From: a virus
Taxonomy: Duplodnaviria > Caudoviricetes
Length of the DNA: 64,000 bases
Direction: 5' to 3' (one strand)
Virus record (IMG/VR): IMGVR_UViG_3300033120_000387
Location: 1 to 64,000 of that record
Part shown: piece by piece, positions 17,980-27,739 of the stretch
Numbering within the stretch: the stretch's first letter is position 1
Layout: each line of letters begins with the position of its first letter
Program-made: the position numbers and the translations under genes
The notes under the pieces: model-generated
What the model was told of the DNA's origin: nothing
The model's input: only the letters and a program-made list of their open reading frames with translations
Databases searched by the model: none

Positions 17980-18212
17980 ACCCTAAAGTACACAGGGATG
18001 GTGAGAATGGGATAGTTCTCCTGCAAGATACCATAAAGGTGAATCACCTCTCATAAAATGAAGTGAAAAATTTTATCAAAAAGTCTTGCATTAATTTAAC
18101 AAACACCCACTTGGTTATGTTTGCGATAATTTAGTTCAGTTCATTACTTTTACGAAATTATTTGTAAAAAACTTATCGGTTGCAAACGAGTTTCTTAGGA
18201 AAGTGGGTTTAT
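17980..18212 (+). ncRNA. Candidate structured ncRNA(s) between tRNA-Pro and tRNA-Gln
   Basis: TGCAAGA/TCTTGCA; nested CCCACTT/AAGTGGG, GTTTGC/GCAAAC, GATAA/TTATC, TTTTACGAA/TTTGTAAAA. Confidence 0.45.
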
Positions 18213-18214
18213 AT

Positions 18215-18288
18215 AAGCCTTTGGTCTAATGGTACGACATCAGAATTTGACTCTGACAATGATTGTTCGATTCAATCAAGGCTTGCCA
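18215..18288 (+). tRNA. tRNA-Gln(TTG)
   Basis: AAGCCTT/AAGGCTT; TCAGA-ATTTGAC-TCTGA; GTTCGA; GCCA. Confidence 0.9.
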
Positions 18289-18332
18289 CAATTTTCTAAT
18301 CATTTTAAACCTCCAAAATTTAAAAATGAGAT

Positions 18333-18360
18333 AAAAAACATCTAGTAATAGGTGTTTTTT
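18333..18360 (+). terminator. Terminator of the tRNA operon
   Basis: AAAAAACATCTA-GTAA-TAGGTGTTTTTT. Confidence 0.75.
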
Positions 18361-18427
18361 ATTTTGTCTTATTTGGAAAAATTTAACAAAATTTACAGAA
18401 TATATAAAAAATAGAAAGGAGGACTTT

Positions 18428-19975
18428 ATGGAAAAAGATAATATTTTGATGTCTGAACAAGAAGTGTTTGATATATTAAAATTTGCACAATATAGCACTG
18501 ATGGATTTTCACAGAGGATGGGATTGGGAGTTTATACACCTGATTTAGTTAATCAAACATTAAAACAGCTAAATGTAAATCCACTTGAACCAACAGAGAA
18601 AAAAATAAGTAGTGCATTAGGAGACCCTAATAATAATGAAGAAGAACTAGTTGGATATTCAGAATGGTATAATATAAATAATATGTTATATAAGCGCACT
18701 AATGGATATTTGGGGAATATGCTCTCCTTTGATTTACAAATAAAGTGTGATAATGCTCATGGCGCAGATTATAATTCAAAAGAATATAAAGAAGATAAAG
18801 AACGAGTATATAAGTGGCTAAGAAAGTTTAACTATAAGAGAGAGTTTAGAAATATCGTCAATAATATGCTTAGGCAAGAAACAGTGTTTACATCACTAAG
18901 GGAAGAGGGTAGAAGTTATGCTTTACAACAACTTCCTAGCGATTATTGTAAAATGACAAGATATATACCTGAAACAAAATCTTTTGACTTTAATTGTTAT
19001 TATTTTTTAACACCAGGGGTTGATATTGACCAATATGCACCGATATTCAAAAAATATTATTTAGATGTTATGAAAGGTCAAGGAATAAACGATTATTTTC
19101 CTAGTAGTCCTATGACTATAAGTAATGGTTCATTTGTATTATGGCATCAAACTACTCCAAGAGAAGGTTTTTGGACATGGAAATTTGCGCCTGAAATATT
19201 TACTAAAATTCCTTATTTAGCACCTATGATGCAGGATAGTCAAAGAACTAATTTATTAAGAAAGCTTCAGACCAATAAAGATTTAGCAAGTGCTAGGGCA
19301 TTAGTATTAGGGGAAATAGGATTTTTAGATAAGACTAAAAGTGGACAAGTACCCGACCAATTAAATCTATCACCTGAATCACTATCTTTCTTTATGCAAT
19401 TGCTAAAAAGTGGTTTGGAACAGGTATGGAATGTTGGCGGTGTTCCTTTAACAAATACAAAGAAACATCAATTTGAAGATACTAATAAAGATATGTATAG
19501 CACTCATTTAAAGGAGTTAGCGGGACAATCAGTATCTATGAGTAGGATTTTGTATAATACCGACAAAATGAGTGAAACTGAAGCGATTATCGCCTTAAAT
19601 ACAGATGCTAATTTAATGAAAAGTTTATACATACAGTTTGAGGACTTCCTTAAATACTATGTAAATAGAAAAACTAAAAAGTATAAATTTAGTTTTATAT
19701 TTGAAGGTATAGAATACCCAAGAGATAGAGAGGACAGATTAGGTCGTGCTTTAGAAGTAGCTGATAGAGGTATTGTGCTTCCTTCAATGATTTCAAGTGC
19801 TTTAGGAATATCTCCTATGGACTTTGACTCAATGATGGATGAGGCTAAACATAGTGGTTTTAGTGAGCAATTGACACAATTATTGTCTATCCATACTGCA
19901 ACAGGTGGAGAAGATGGTAAAAGGGGTAGACCTTTGAAAAAGCGTGTATCTACTGAGAGCCGAGATTATGATTAA
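18428..19975 (+). CDS. Portal protein
   Basis: 515 aa, after terminase and before protease; LQQLPSDYCK, IPYLAPM, C-terminal GRP. Confidence 0.8.
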   Translation: MEKDNILMSEQEVFDILKFAQYSTDGFSQRMGLGVYTPDLVNQTLKQLNVNPLEPTEKKISSALGDPNNNEEELVGYSEWYNINNMLYKRTNGYLGNMLSFDLQIKCDNAHGADYNSKEYKEDKERVYKWLRKFNYKREFRNIVNNMLRQETVFTSLREEGRSYALQQLPSDYCKMTRYIPETKSFDFNCYYFLTPGVDIDQYAPIFKKYYLDVMKGQGINDYFPSSPMTISNGSFVLWHQTTPREGFWTWKFAPEIFTKIPYLAPMMQDSQRTNLLRKLQTNKDLASARALVLGEIGFLDKTKSGQVPDQLNLSPESLSFFMQLLKSGLEQVWNVGGVPLTNTKKHQFEDTNKDMYSTHLKELAGQSVSMSRILYNTDKMSETEAIIALNTDANLMKSLYIQFEDFLKYYVNRKTKKYKFSFIFEGIEYPRDREDRLGRALEVADRGIVLPSMISSALGISPMDFDSMMDEAKHSGFSEQLTQLLSIHTATGGEDGKRGRPLKKRVSTESRDYD

Positions 19976-19986
19976 AGGAGGATATT

Positions 19987-20190
19987 ATGACAAATCAAGA
20001 AAAATTTAATGAGAGTTATAGTGATTTAGTTGATATTCTCTATAATTTAACTGGTGCTTTGAGTGAGTTGGATAACACGAATGATATCAACGAAGAAGAT
20101 TTAAAACTATTGGGGGAAATAACGACCAATTTGAAGCGTATGGGGGATAGTGTTGTTCTTGAAAAAGGAATGATAATACCTGAAGAATAG
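19987..20190 (+). CDS. Small hypothetical protein
   Basis: SD AAGGAGG; 67 aa, helical and acidic. Confidence 0.6.
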   Translation: MTNQEKFNESYSDLVDILYNLTGALSELDNTNDINEEDLKLLGEITTNLKRMGDSVVLEKGMIIPEE

Positions 20191-20232
20191 TGAGTAAATA
20201 TTACAAAAATTACAAGAAAGGAGTTGGTATAG

Positions 20233-20775
20233 ATGCTAATTTCAAAAAATACAAGCGATGCTTTGACTGAAATATATGGGGCATTTTTCGATTTAAATGC
20301 AACCTTAGATGTTGTGAGTTCTATTATGTTGAACAAATGGTCAATGCCACAAGCATCGGATATCTGTCATCATAGGATAAGTCACTTAATGCCTTTATTA
20401 GCAGATAAAATTTCAGAAATACAAGATAATTATAATATAGTAACATATAGACCAGAAGTTCATAGAGATTTTAGAGACTATGATAATTTAAAAGATATGT
20501 TTGAAAGTGTATTAAAAGAATTTTCTGATGTTTATGAAATGATAAGAATGTGCAATAAAATTGCAAGTGATAATGGCGATTTTAATGTGCATGGTGATTT
20601 GATAGATTTTATTAGGAAATTTAATGTTGTGATGGGTCAAATTATAACACTTAGGGATAAGAGTGTACAACTTCCAAATGATTATACTACATTTGATAAA
20701 CAAATCTCATCGTGGAATATTGTTGGAATACCAGAAATACTTCCAATTTTGGACGGTGGTAACGATGTTGATTAG
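20233..20775 (+). CDS. Ferritin-like four-helix-bundle protein
   Basis: MLISKNTSDALTE...IASDNGDFNVHGDL helix pattern resembles ferritin MLS..M..ALNEQ and A....D.....FL. Confidence 0.6.
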   Translation: MLISKNTSDALTEIYGAFFDLNATLDVVSSIMLNKWSMPQASDICHHRISHLMPLLADKISEIQDNYNIVTYRPEVHRDFRDYDNLKDMFESVLKEFSDVYEMIRMCNKIASDNGDFNVHGDLIDFIRKFNVVMGQIITLRDKSVQLPNDYTTFDKQISSWNIVGIPEILPILDGGNDVD

Positions 20776-20950
20776 ACAAAAACCAAGCAATCCACAATTA
20801 TATTATATAGTATTATCAGAAGAAAGTCAAGAACTTCATAAAAATAATTTTTACCCTAAATACTTTTATGAGGGCAAATATTATTATGAAAAAACACGAG
20901 AACTAATAAAATATATGGAAGGTGGTGATATATTTTGGCAGAAGAATTAA
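20765..20950 (+). CDS. Small Tyr-rich hypothetical protein
   Basis: ATG 20765 overlaps the previous stop; MLIRQKPSNP... Confidence 0.55.
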   Translation: MLIRQKPSNPQLYYIVLSEESQELHKNNFYPKYFYEGKYYYEKTRELIKYMEGGDIFWQKN

Positions 20951-22743
20951 AGAAATTTTCCGTTGATAACATTCAAATGTTCCAAAATGACGATGATGTA
21001 GATTTCGCTCTAGCAGAAGTATGGAGTTTGGCTGATGGTAATAATTCACATAAAAATCCTATAAGTTTAGAAGTATTAAAAAGAGATGCCCACACTATGC
21101 TTGGTAAATTTTTAGTGGCAAAATATTCAAATTGGTCTAATGATGCCACTTCTCATGCGGAGGACGAGCAAATCGTTGGGTATTTCCCTAAAGATAGTAA
21201 AATAAGTTTTAAGGAAAAAGATGGTAAAACATTTGCAGTATTTGAAGCATTAGTTTCTAAATTATATGCAACTCCAATATATCAGTTATTTAAAGACCAC
21301 AATTTTAGGAGTGTTAGCACCGAATTTTCATGTGTCGAAGGCATGGAAGATGAGAATGGAAACAAACCGATTGAAAAACTAACTTTTCATGGTTGTACGA
21401 TTTTAGGATTATCTTATTCTCCTAGTTGCGAAGGTGCTGAAATGAATATAAAAAGATTTTCAACAGAAGATGCTGACAAATACTACAATTCACATAATCT
21501 AAGTGAATTACAAAAATTCGCAGAAAGGAGAAGAGAAGAATTGGCTAAAAAAGAAGAAAAATATGTTTCTCATCCTGTAAATCGCTCCAAAGATGCAATA
21601 TATTCGGGAGGTTGGGATGGCGAAAAAACTAAAAAAGACTTAGTTAAGGAAAAAGACTTTGAAAAAATAGCACCTGAAATATGTTTAGAATTAGATGCAG
21701 GGTGGCAAGACAGAGAAGTAACTAAGTTAAAATATCCTGTTATGACTTTACACAACGGTGAATGGGTTTATTCAAGAGAAGGATTGGCAAGTGCAAAAGC
21801 ATATGCTAACAATCCTGATAGAGGAAATCCTACCGTGGCTGAAAAGATAAATGCTATTTATAAAGAGTTAGATTTAGACGATAAAGATAAGGAGGACAAA
21901 AAGAACATGGAATCAAAGAAATTCTCCGAACTTGAAGGAAGAGAACTATATAGTGCGGTAATAGAGAAAATCCAAAAGAAATTAGGAAAATCTTATTATG
22001 TAGAGGCAATATATAGTGACCACATTGAAGTTCGCAACGAATCAACAAAAGAAATGTTAGATATTCCTGCTGATATTTCATTAGGCAAAGATGACGAAGA
22101 TATGAAAATCGATATTGACTATGATGGAATGAAGAAGTCAAAAGTTCAGAAGTTTGAAAAGAAAAAAATGGACGATGACGAAGATGAGGAAGAGGACGCT
22201 AAAGAAGGTTCTATTCCTGATGACAAGAAAGATGTCAAAGATGGCGAGGGTGACGACTCCGAGGCAGAAGAATTTGGCAAGAAAAAAATGTCTTTAGATG
22301 CTAATGCTTATGCAGGTTCTATACTTCAAATGCTTATTGCTGAAACCGAAGAGGAAAGAAAACAAGCGATGAAACTTGGGGAAGATGAGGAAATGGATGT
22401 AGTAATGAACAAGCTGTACGGTGTTGCTACAGAAATGGCTGAATTAAAATCTTTCAAAGCTGAAAAAATGGAAGAAGAAAAGAAGTTGGCGGTTGAAAAA
22501 ATCATGGCTGGCGTAAAATCAGACATAGATAATAAAGACTTTGAGGATTTATATGGCAAGGGAATGGCTTGTAAGTATGAAGAATTAAAGCAATTTGAAA
22601 CTACAGTAAAAGCATTTGCTTATGAAAATAGTAAGACTAGAACTAAGAAATTTAATGATAACGAAGATGTATTCATGGGTTTTAGCTTTAATAACAGTTC
22701 AAAAGACACTTCAAAAGAAGATGTATTCAAAAAGTATTTATAA
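20935..22743 (+). CDS. Prohead protease/scaffold protein (TTG start)
   Basis: GNNSHKNPI, SVSTEF, GCTILG...PSCEGA; acidic coiled-coil scaffold C-terminus; position. Confidence 0.8.
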   Translation: MAEELKKFSVDNIQMFQNDDDVDFALAEVWSLADGNNSHKNPISLEVLKRDAHTMLGKFLVAKYSNWSNDATSHAEDEQIVGYFPKDSKISFKEKDGKTFAVFEALVSKLYATPIYQLFKDHNFRSVSTEFSCVEGMEDENGNKPIEKLTFHGCTILGLSYSPSCEGAEMNIKRFSTEDADKYYNSHNLSELQKFAERRREELAKKEEKYVSHPVNRSKDAIYSGGWDGEKTKKDLVKEKDFEKIAPEICLELDAGWQDREVTKLKYPVMTLHNGEWVYSREGLASAKAYANNPDRGNPTVAEKINAIYKELDLDDKDKEDKKNMESKKFSELEGRELYSAVIEKIQKKLGKSYYVEAIYSDHIEVRNESTKEMLDIPADISLGKDDEDMKIDIDYDGMKKSKVQKFEKKKMDDDEDEEEDAKEGSIPDDKKDVKDGEGDDSEAEEFGKKKMSLDANAYAGSILQMLIAETEEERKQAMKLGEDEEMDVVMNKLYGVATEMAELKSFKAEKMEEEKKLAVEKIMAGVKSDIDNKDFEDLYGKGMACKYEELKQFETTVKAFAYENSKTRTKKFNDNEDVFMGFSFNNSSKDTSKEDVFKKYL

Positions 22744-22761
22744 AACAAGGAGGAAAATATA

Positions 22762-23316
22762 ATGGCATATGGCGTATTAATTGAATCGGAAATAAGAGCA
22801 ACCGATAATATCGCTCTTAATAAATTTGCAGTAAGTTCAACTACTAATGTAGCAGGTGGTGGATTAGTGGTTTTAACTCCCCCAACACTACAGGGAGAAG
22901 ATAGATTTACTGCTACAGTTCCAGCAACAGGAGCTTTAACAGGATTGGCAATCGCTTATAATCCTAGTGAACATTTAACAAATGTAAATGGAAAGTTATT
23001 TGCTGGTCTTTCTGCTGACCCTAGAGACTACACAAATCTACAAGGTAGAACTTTTACAACATTTTATCCACAGGTTGGTGATGAAATTGTTGTGAGTATT
23101 GATACAGTAGACAATACTGGTGCAAATGTAGTAGCAGGTGATTTTCTTGAAGCTAAAGCTAATCAGACTACATTCACAAGAGCTACAGCCGCAACTGGTG
23201 CAACAGCAAACACAACCGCATTTAAAGTTGAATGGGTTGGAGTTCTTCCTTTCCCACAGGCAGGAATCGGTTTTGCACAAGTTAAAGCATTTAAGTGTAT
23301 TTGCGTACAGCAGTAA
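22762..23316 (+). CDS. Capsid decoration/cement protein
   Basis: Beta-rich 184 aa, between scaffold and major capsid genes. Confidence 0.65.
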   Translation: MAYGVLIESEIRATDNIALNKFAVSSTTNVAGGGLVVLTPPTLQGEDRFTATVPATGALTGLAIAYNPSEHLTNVNGKLFAGLSADPRDYTNLQGRTFTTFYPQVGDEIVVSIDTVDNTGANVVAGDFLEAKANQTTFTRATAATGATANTTAFKVEWVGVLPFPQAGIGFAQVKAFKCICVQQ

Positions 23317-23338
23317 TTAAGAGAGGAGAATTAAAATA

Positions 23339-24433
23339 ATGTTAGAAACAGTAATGACTAAAAAGTTCAGTGAAAGTTCACCTGAGCTTTACAAGGCTAT
23401 GAAAATATATAATGAACACTGTCTTGCAGAAAGAGGTGTTTTAGGTAAGAAATTTGCTGAAACTTCAAAAGACGATATGGAAGTTGCTATCAACAAAATG
23501 TTTGCAGAAGAAATCGAAAAGAAGAGTGGAATAACTCTTGCTCAGTTTGATGGTTCTCTGAAGAGATATGCAAATAACACTAGTGTAAAGGAATTTGCAA
23601 ACGCTATTAGGGATTATATGATTGATATGATTTTGCCTGATACTCTGTTAAATGGTATTTTACCTTATTTTGCAGATATTAAGTTTGCAGGTCTTGGAGA
23701 TTCTTTAACTTTCAATATCGAAAACAACTCTCTTTACTATGTATCAAAAGCTGGTTACAGAAAGAGAAGCACTAACTTACAGAAACTTTATGATTCAACT
23801 GTAACCCTAGTTCCTGAAAATAGAATGGTAACGGTAGGAACAGATTTATTTGAAATCTTAACTAATAGACAGTTTATTGCTAAGGAAGTTATGAAGGCTA
23901 CTAGAAGTATCGAAACAGCAATGTTATTTGATGCTTATGATACTTTTAATACTTCTATGGGCGCATTGACTGGGAATCTATTGGTGAATAACTATTCAGA
24001 AAAATCACTTATTAAGTTATGTGAAACAGTCGGAGCTTACAATCAGAACAGAAAACCCATTATTATGGGAACGCCTGTCGCATTAAAGAGTGCACTTCCG
24101 TCGAACAATAATTACAGATACACCTTTGATAGCGACTATGTAAAATCTGGATTTATTCAGACATTTAATGGTTATGATGTAATTCCTATGCCACAGGTTG
24201 CTAACCCTTATGCTGGTACTCAGTATTCATTGAAACTAGATGATACTAAGATTTATGTAGTATCTCCAGGAAGTGATAAGCTAGTTAAGGTAGGTGTTGG
24301 TGGAGATTTAATGTCTCATACTGATGCTATCTATGACAATGCAAACTTGTTACAGATGACAACTCTGTCTAAGGCTTGGGACACTCAGACTATTACAAAT
24401 AGTGTAGCAGGTGTTGTAACTAACATCAACTAG
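23339..24433 (+). CDS. Major capsid protein
   Basis: 364 aa; strong SD; followed by a terminator; IMGTPVAL, GFIQTFNG, LDDTKIYVV. Confidence 0.85.
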   Translation: MLETVMTKKFSESSPELYKAMKIYNEHCLAERGVLGKKFAETSKDDMEVAINKMFAEEIEKKSGITLAQFDGSLKRYANNTSVKEFANAIRDYMIDMILPDTLLNGILPYFADIKFAGLGDSLTFNIENNSLYYVSKAGYRKRSTNLQKLYDSTVTLVPENRMVTVGTDLFEILTNRQFIAKEVMKATRSIETAMLFDAYDTFNTSMGALTGNLLVNNYSEKSLIKLCETVGAYNQNRKPIIMGTPVALKSALPSNNNYRYTFDSDYVKSGFIQTFNGYDVIPMPQVANPYAGTQYSLKLDDTKIYVVSPGSDKLVKVGVGGDLMSHTDAIYDNANLLQMTTLSKAWDTQTITNSVAGVVTNIN

Positions 24434-24449
24434 AAAAAACAAATAACAT

Positions 24450-24474
24450 AAGAGGGCTGAAATATGCCCTCTTT
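24450..24474 (+). terminator. Terminator after the capsid gene
   Basis: AAGAGGGC / GCCCTCTT plus T. Confidence 0.7.
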
Positions 24475-24510
24475 ATAAATTAAAACAGGAATAAAAGGAG
24501 AATATATAAA

Positions 24511-25173
24511 ATGGCAACAACAAAGAAAACTACAACCAAAGAAGTTGAAGTAAAAGATGAAATAAAAACTCAAGAAGAAACCTTTAATTTGGAAGATGTA
24601 TTAAAAATAGTGCAAGAATTGCAAGAAAGCAATAAACAACTAAAGCAAGAATTAGAAAATAAAACAGTTCAGCCTGTTGTTATTAAAAATGATGAATACA
24701 GAACAAAGAAAATTAAGTGTGTTAGCTTAGTACACAATCCTATTAATGTCTTTACTGGTGCAGATGCATCAGGTAAGCCATTTTCATTTGATAAATATGG
24801 TGACTCTAGGTTAATAAAATTTGATGAACTTAGTGATATTATCGCTTCTTATCCTAATACAATGGAACAAGGCTTAATTTATATTTGTGATATGGAAGCT
24901 GTGAAGGAGTTAGGACTAGAGGAAGCCTATGAAAAAATTTATACAAAAGATATGATAGATAGGTTAATATATCTTAGAGAAGAATCTGATGTAGATTTGC
25001 TTTTAGGTATGAATGAAAATATGTTTAATTCCACCTTACCAGAAATCGCTAAATTGTTAAATGCTAATGAAACGATAGACTTGAATTTTTTAGCTAGAAT
25101 TAAAACAGAAACAGGTCATGATATTAAAATGATGGCTGATAAAATAAGAGAAGAATCCGAGGTTAAAGAATAG
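24511..25173 (+). CDS. Head-module hypothetical protein
   Basis: Directly after MCP; strong SD. Confidence 0.65.
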   Translation: MATTKKTTTKEVEVKDEIKTQEETFNLEDVLKIVQELQESNKQLKQELENKTVQPVVIKNDEYRTKKIKCVSLVHNPINVFTGADASGKPFSFDKYGDSRLIKFDELSDIIASYPNTMEQGLIYICDMEAVKELGLEEAYEKIYTKDMIDRLIYLREESDVDLLLGMNENMFNSTLPEIAKLLNANETIDLNFLARIKTETGHDIKMMADKIREESEVKE

Positions 25174-25184
25174 GAGGTGTTGTA

Positions 25185-25634
25185 ATGGCTACACCTTTTA
25201 CAACAGTATATGATAGAGCCTTGATAGTAATTGATGACTATCACTTAGATGAGGTGGCTCAGACTGCATATCAAGCCTTTTTAAAATTTTGGGAAGGAGT
25301 ATTGATATTTTCTGTGCCTTATTTTGATAAATGTCAGCAATCTTTAACCTACAATACTACAACACAGACCTTTGATAGTGATTTAACCGAAAAAGAAATT
25401 AATATTTTGGCTGAGATTATGGTAACGAGTTGGTTCGAGGGCAAGGTTCAAACAGTTAGTCAATTTGAACAGAAATTATCAAACAGAGAATTTAAGATGT
25501 TTTCTGAAGCACAAAATTTAAAGGTTAAAAGTGATTATTTAGATAAATTAAGAGAAAAGTATAATCAAGATATTATGCAATACTCTTTGTCGAAAAATAA
25601 TTTTGCTAAAATTTTTAACATTACACTAACATAG
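25185..25634 (+). CDS. Head-tail adaptor protein
   Basis: MATPFTTVY...FDSDLTEKEINILAEIM...FKMFSEA; position. Confidence 0.7.
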   Translation: MATPFTTVYDRALIVIDDYHLDEVAQTAYQAFLKFWEGVLIFSVPYFDKCQQSLTYNTTTQTFDSDLTEKEINILAEIMVTSWFEGKVQTVSQFEQKLSNREFKMFSEAQNLKVKSDYLDKLREKYNQDIMQYSLSKNNFAKIFNITLT

Positions 25635-25638
25635 GGGT

Positions 25639-25890
25639 GTGATTATGGATAAAGCAAAAATAATTAGAGGTATTCACAAAATACTATTTGTGTTTGAAGA
25701 AAACAATTATGAGGGATATTATTCATATTTAACACATCAAATTGTAAAATTAAGTGAATATGAGAATGAAGTAATATCTCAAAATATAAGATTATTAAAA
25801 GGTTTAAGAAATATGGGAGAAGAAGTTGTTCATTTTGATGTAAGACAAACAATAATACATATCATGAACGATTTAAATAGGAGGTTGTAA
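25639..25890 (+). CDS. Small hypothetical protein of the neck module
   Basis: 83-aa ORF in operon. Confidence 0.6.
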   Translation: MIMDKAKIIRGIHKILFVFEENNYEGYYSYLTHQIVKLSEYENEVISQNIRLLKGLRNMGEEVVHFDVRQTIIHIMNDLNRRL

Positions 25891-25891
25891 A

Positions 25892-27136
25892 ATGGCTCTA
25901 CAATTTTATGAGAATTATTTGCAAAACATCTATCGAAATCCCAATGAGGTCTATACTCAAACAACACAAGCTTTTGCAAATTCAGTATGGAATAATAGTA
26001 CACAAACTTATTATACAATACTAGGGCAAGGAAATATTGGTAGTGGTATTTATTTACCACAAGAGATTTCTGTAGATATGGCAATCGACCTAACTACTGG
26101 TATGAAAAAATCTGATGATTGGAAGATATTCACTTTTAAAGATTTATCTACAATTCCATCTTTAGGTTTAATGTACAAATATTCAGACAATGATTGGATT
26201 GCTGTAGATACTCGTAAAATTGGTACAGTAATAAAATCATTAGAGGTTCGTAGATGCAATAATATACTAAAATGGATTGATAAAAATACTAATGTTTTAC
26301 ATGAAATTCCATGTATATTAGAGTATGACGATACAAGTCCTAGACCTCAAGTAAACAAAGATATAATCACGCCTAATAATGGTATTGTTATGATTGTTCA
26401 AGGCAATCAAGATACCGTTAATTTAAAGGTTAATCAGAGGTTTATCTTTAATGGCAGACCGTTTAAAATCACAGGATATAATAATTATATGCAAAATGAT
26501 TATGTAACACAAGACACTCCATTATTATTTTTTGACACATATCTTGATGAAATACAACCTACTGATGATTTGGTAAACAACATAGCTAATAGATATGAAT
26601 ATAACTATCAAATCACTATACTAGAGAACCCTATTGAAAATGTTAAAGGGTTTAGTGGTCAGTTGAATGCACAAGTCACTTTAAATGACAATGTAGTAGA
26701 TGTCCCTGTGGTATGGTCAAGTAATGAAAACGGCACTATTGACAGTAATGGTAATTATACATTAACAGGTGAAGTAGGCACAGTTGCGACATTCGATGTT
26801 GCATTTGGCAGAACATCAAATCTTGTTAATATCAATATTGTAGATGTAATTGTTGATAATTATGAGATTATTGTATCGCCAAATATAACAGAAATTAAGC
26901 AAAATCGTACTGTGAATATTAACGCTGAATTGTATAAGAATGGGGTTAAACAGACCGATGTTGTAAATGCAACATTAAGTGGTGCTGATAGTCTTAGTTG
27001 TTATACATGGACAAATCTAAGTGTAAATAATTTTGCATTAACTAATAAAATGAGGTCGGTTGCACCATTAATAATAACATTTACAAGTGGGGTAATAACT
27101 AAATCAATAAATATAGAACTCAACGCTATGTATTAA
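25892..27136 (+). CDS. Head closure/neck protein with C-terminal Ig-like domains
   Basis: RRCNNILKWID, NQRFIFNGRPFKI, DDLVNNIA; VVWSSNENGTIDSNG Ig-like segment. Confidence 0.7.
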   Translation: MALQFYENYLQNIYRNPNEVYTQTTQAFANSVWNNSTQTYYTILGQGNIGSGIYLPQEISVDMAIDLTTGMKKSDDWKIFTFKDLSTIPSLGLMYKYSDNDWIAVDTRKIGTVIKSLEVRRCNNILKWIDKNTNVLHEIPCILEYDDTSPRPQVNKDIITPNNGIVMIVQGNQDTVNLKVNQRFIFNGRPFKITGYNNYMQNDYVTQDTPLLFFDTYLDEIQPTDDLVNNIANRYEYNYQITILENPIENVKGFSGQLNAQVTLNDNVVDVPVVWSSNENGTIDSNGNYTLTGEVGTVATFDVAFGRTSNLVNINIVDVIVDNYEIIVSPNITEIKQNRTVNINAELYKNGVKQTDVVNATLSGADSLSCYTWTNLSVNNFALTNKMRSVAPLIITFTSGVITKSINIELNAMY

Positions 27137-27148
27137 AGGAGGGATAAT

Positions 27149-27739
27149 ATGAATAGACCATTGAGAAATAAATTCACGACTATGCCATTTATCCCTTATA
27201 ATATTATAGAATATTTGGCATTAAGTCCTGATGCTGAAAACATATGGAAAATATTAAAATATCCTACTTATGATTGTTTAAGTCAGCCTAATTTAACTCT
27301 TAACGAGAAAATGGATTTGCTTTGTATGAACAATGATAATCAACAAGATTATAATATATTCCTAACGCAATTAGTCGAAAATATGATACCTGAAGAAAAG
27401 ACTATATTGAAAATATATAAGGTGCAAACTGGGTTTGAGAACATAACAAAAGGTTTATTTGGAGTAGCAAGTTATAGGTTTGACATCTTGTATGGTGGAA
27501 AAATGGGAATGATAGAGTATCAAAAAACACCTTGTAATAGAGGGGATGTGCTTGAAATGGAATTATTGAGTGTTTTAAATGGTGCTGACATAAAGGGTGG
27601 CGCAGGTTGGTTAGAATACAGCCCTATTTTATCAAGAAATTGTGGTAGTAATCTAAATCTAGGCAATCACACTACTTATACAGGTGTTAGTATTATCATG
27701 GCTATAAGGGTGGCGAATTTATATGATACAGGATGTTAA
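27149..27739 (+). CDS. Putative tail terminator/neck protein
   Basis: Position between head closure and tail tube genes. Confidence 0.55.
   Translation: MNRPLRNKFTTMPFIPYNIIEYLALSPDAENIWKILKYPTYDCLSQPNLTLNEKMDLLCMNNDNQQDYNIFLTQLVENMIPEEKTILKIYKVQTGFENITKGLFGVASYRFDILYGGKMGMIEYQKTPCNRGDVLEMELLSVLNGADIKGGAGWLEYSPILSRNCGSNLNLGNHTTYTGVSIIMAIRVANLYDTGC

Noticed and set aside
17977-18060. HDV-like (theta) ribozyme after tRNA-Pro
   Set aside because: I could not build a consistent nested double pseudoknot by eye; the tRNAs already encode CCA.
16880-18498. Short ORFs called across the tRNA cluster
   Set aside because: They overlap clear tRNA cloverleafs and lack SD sites.
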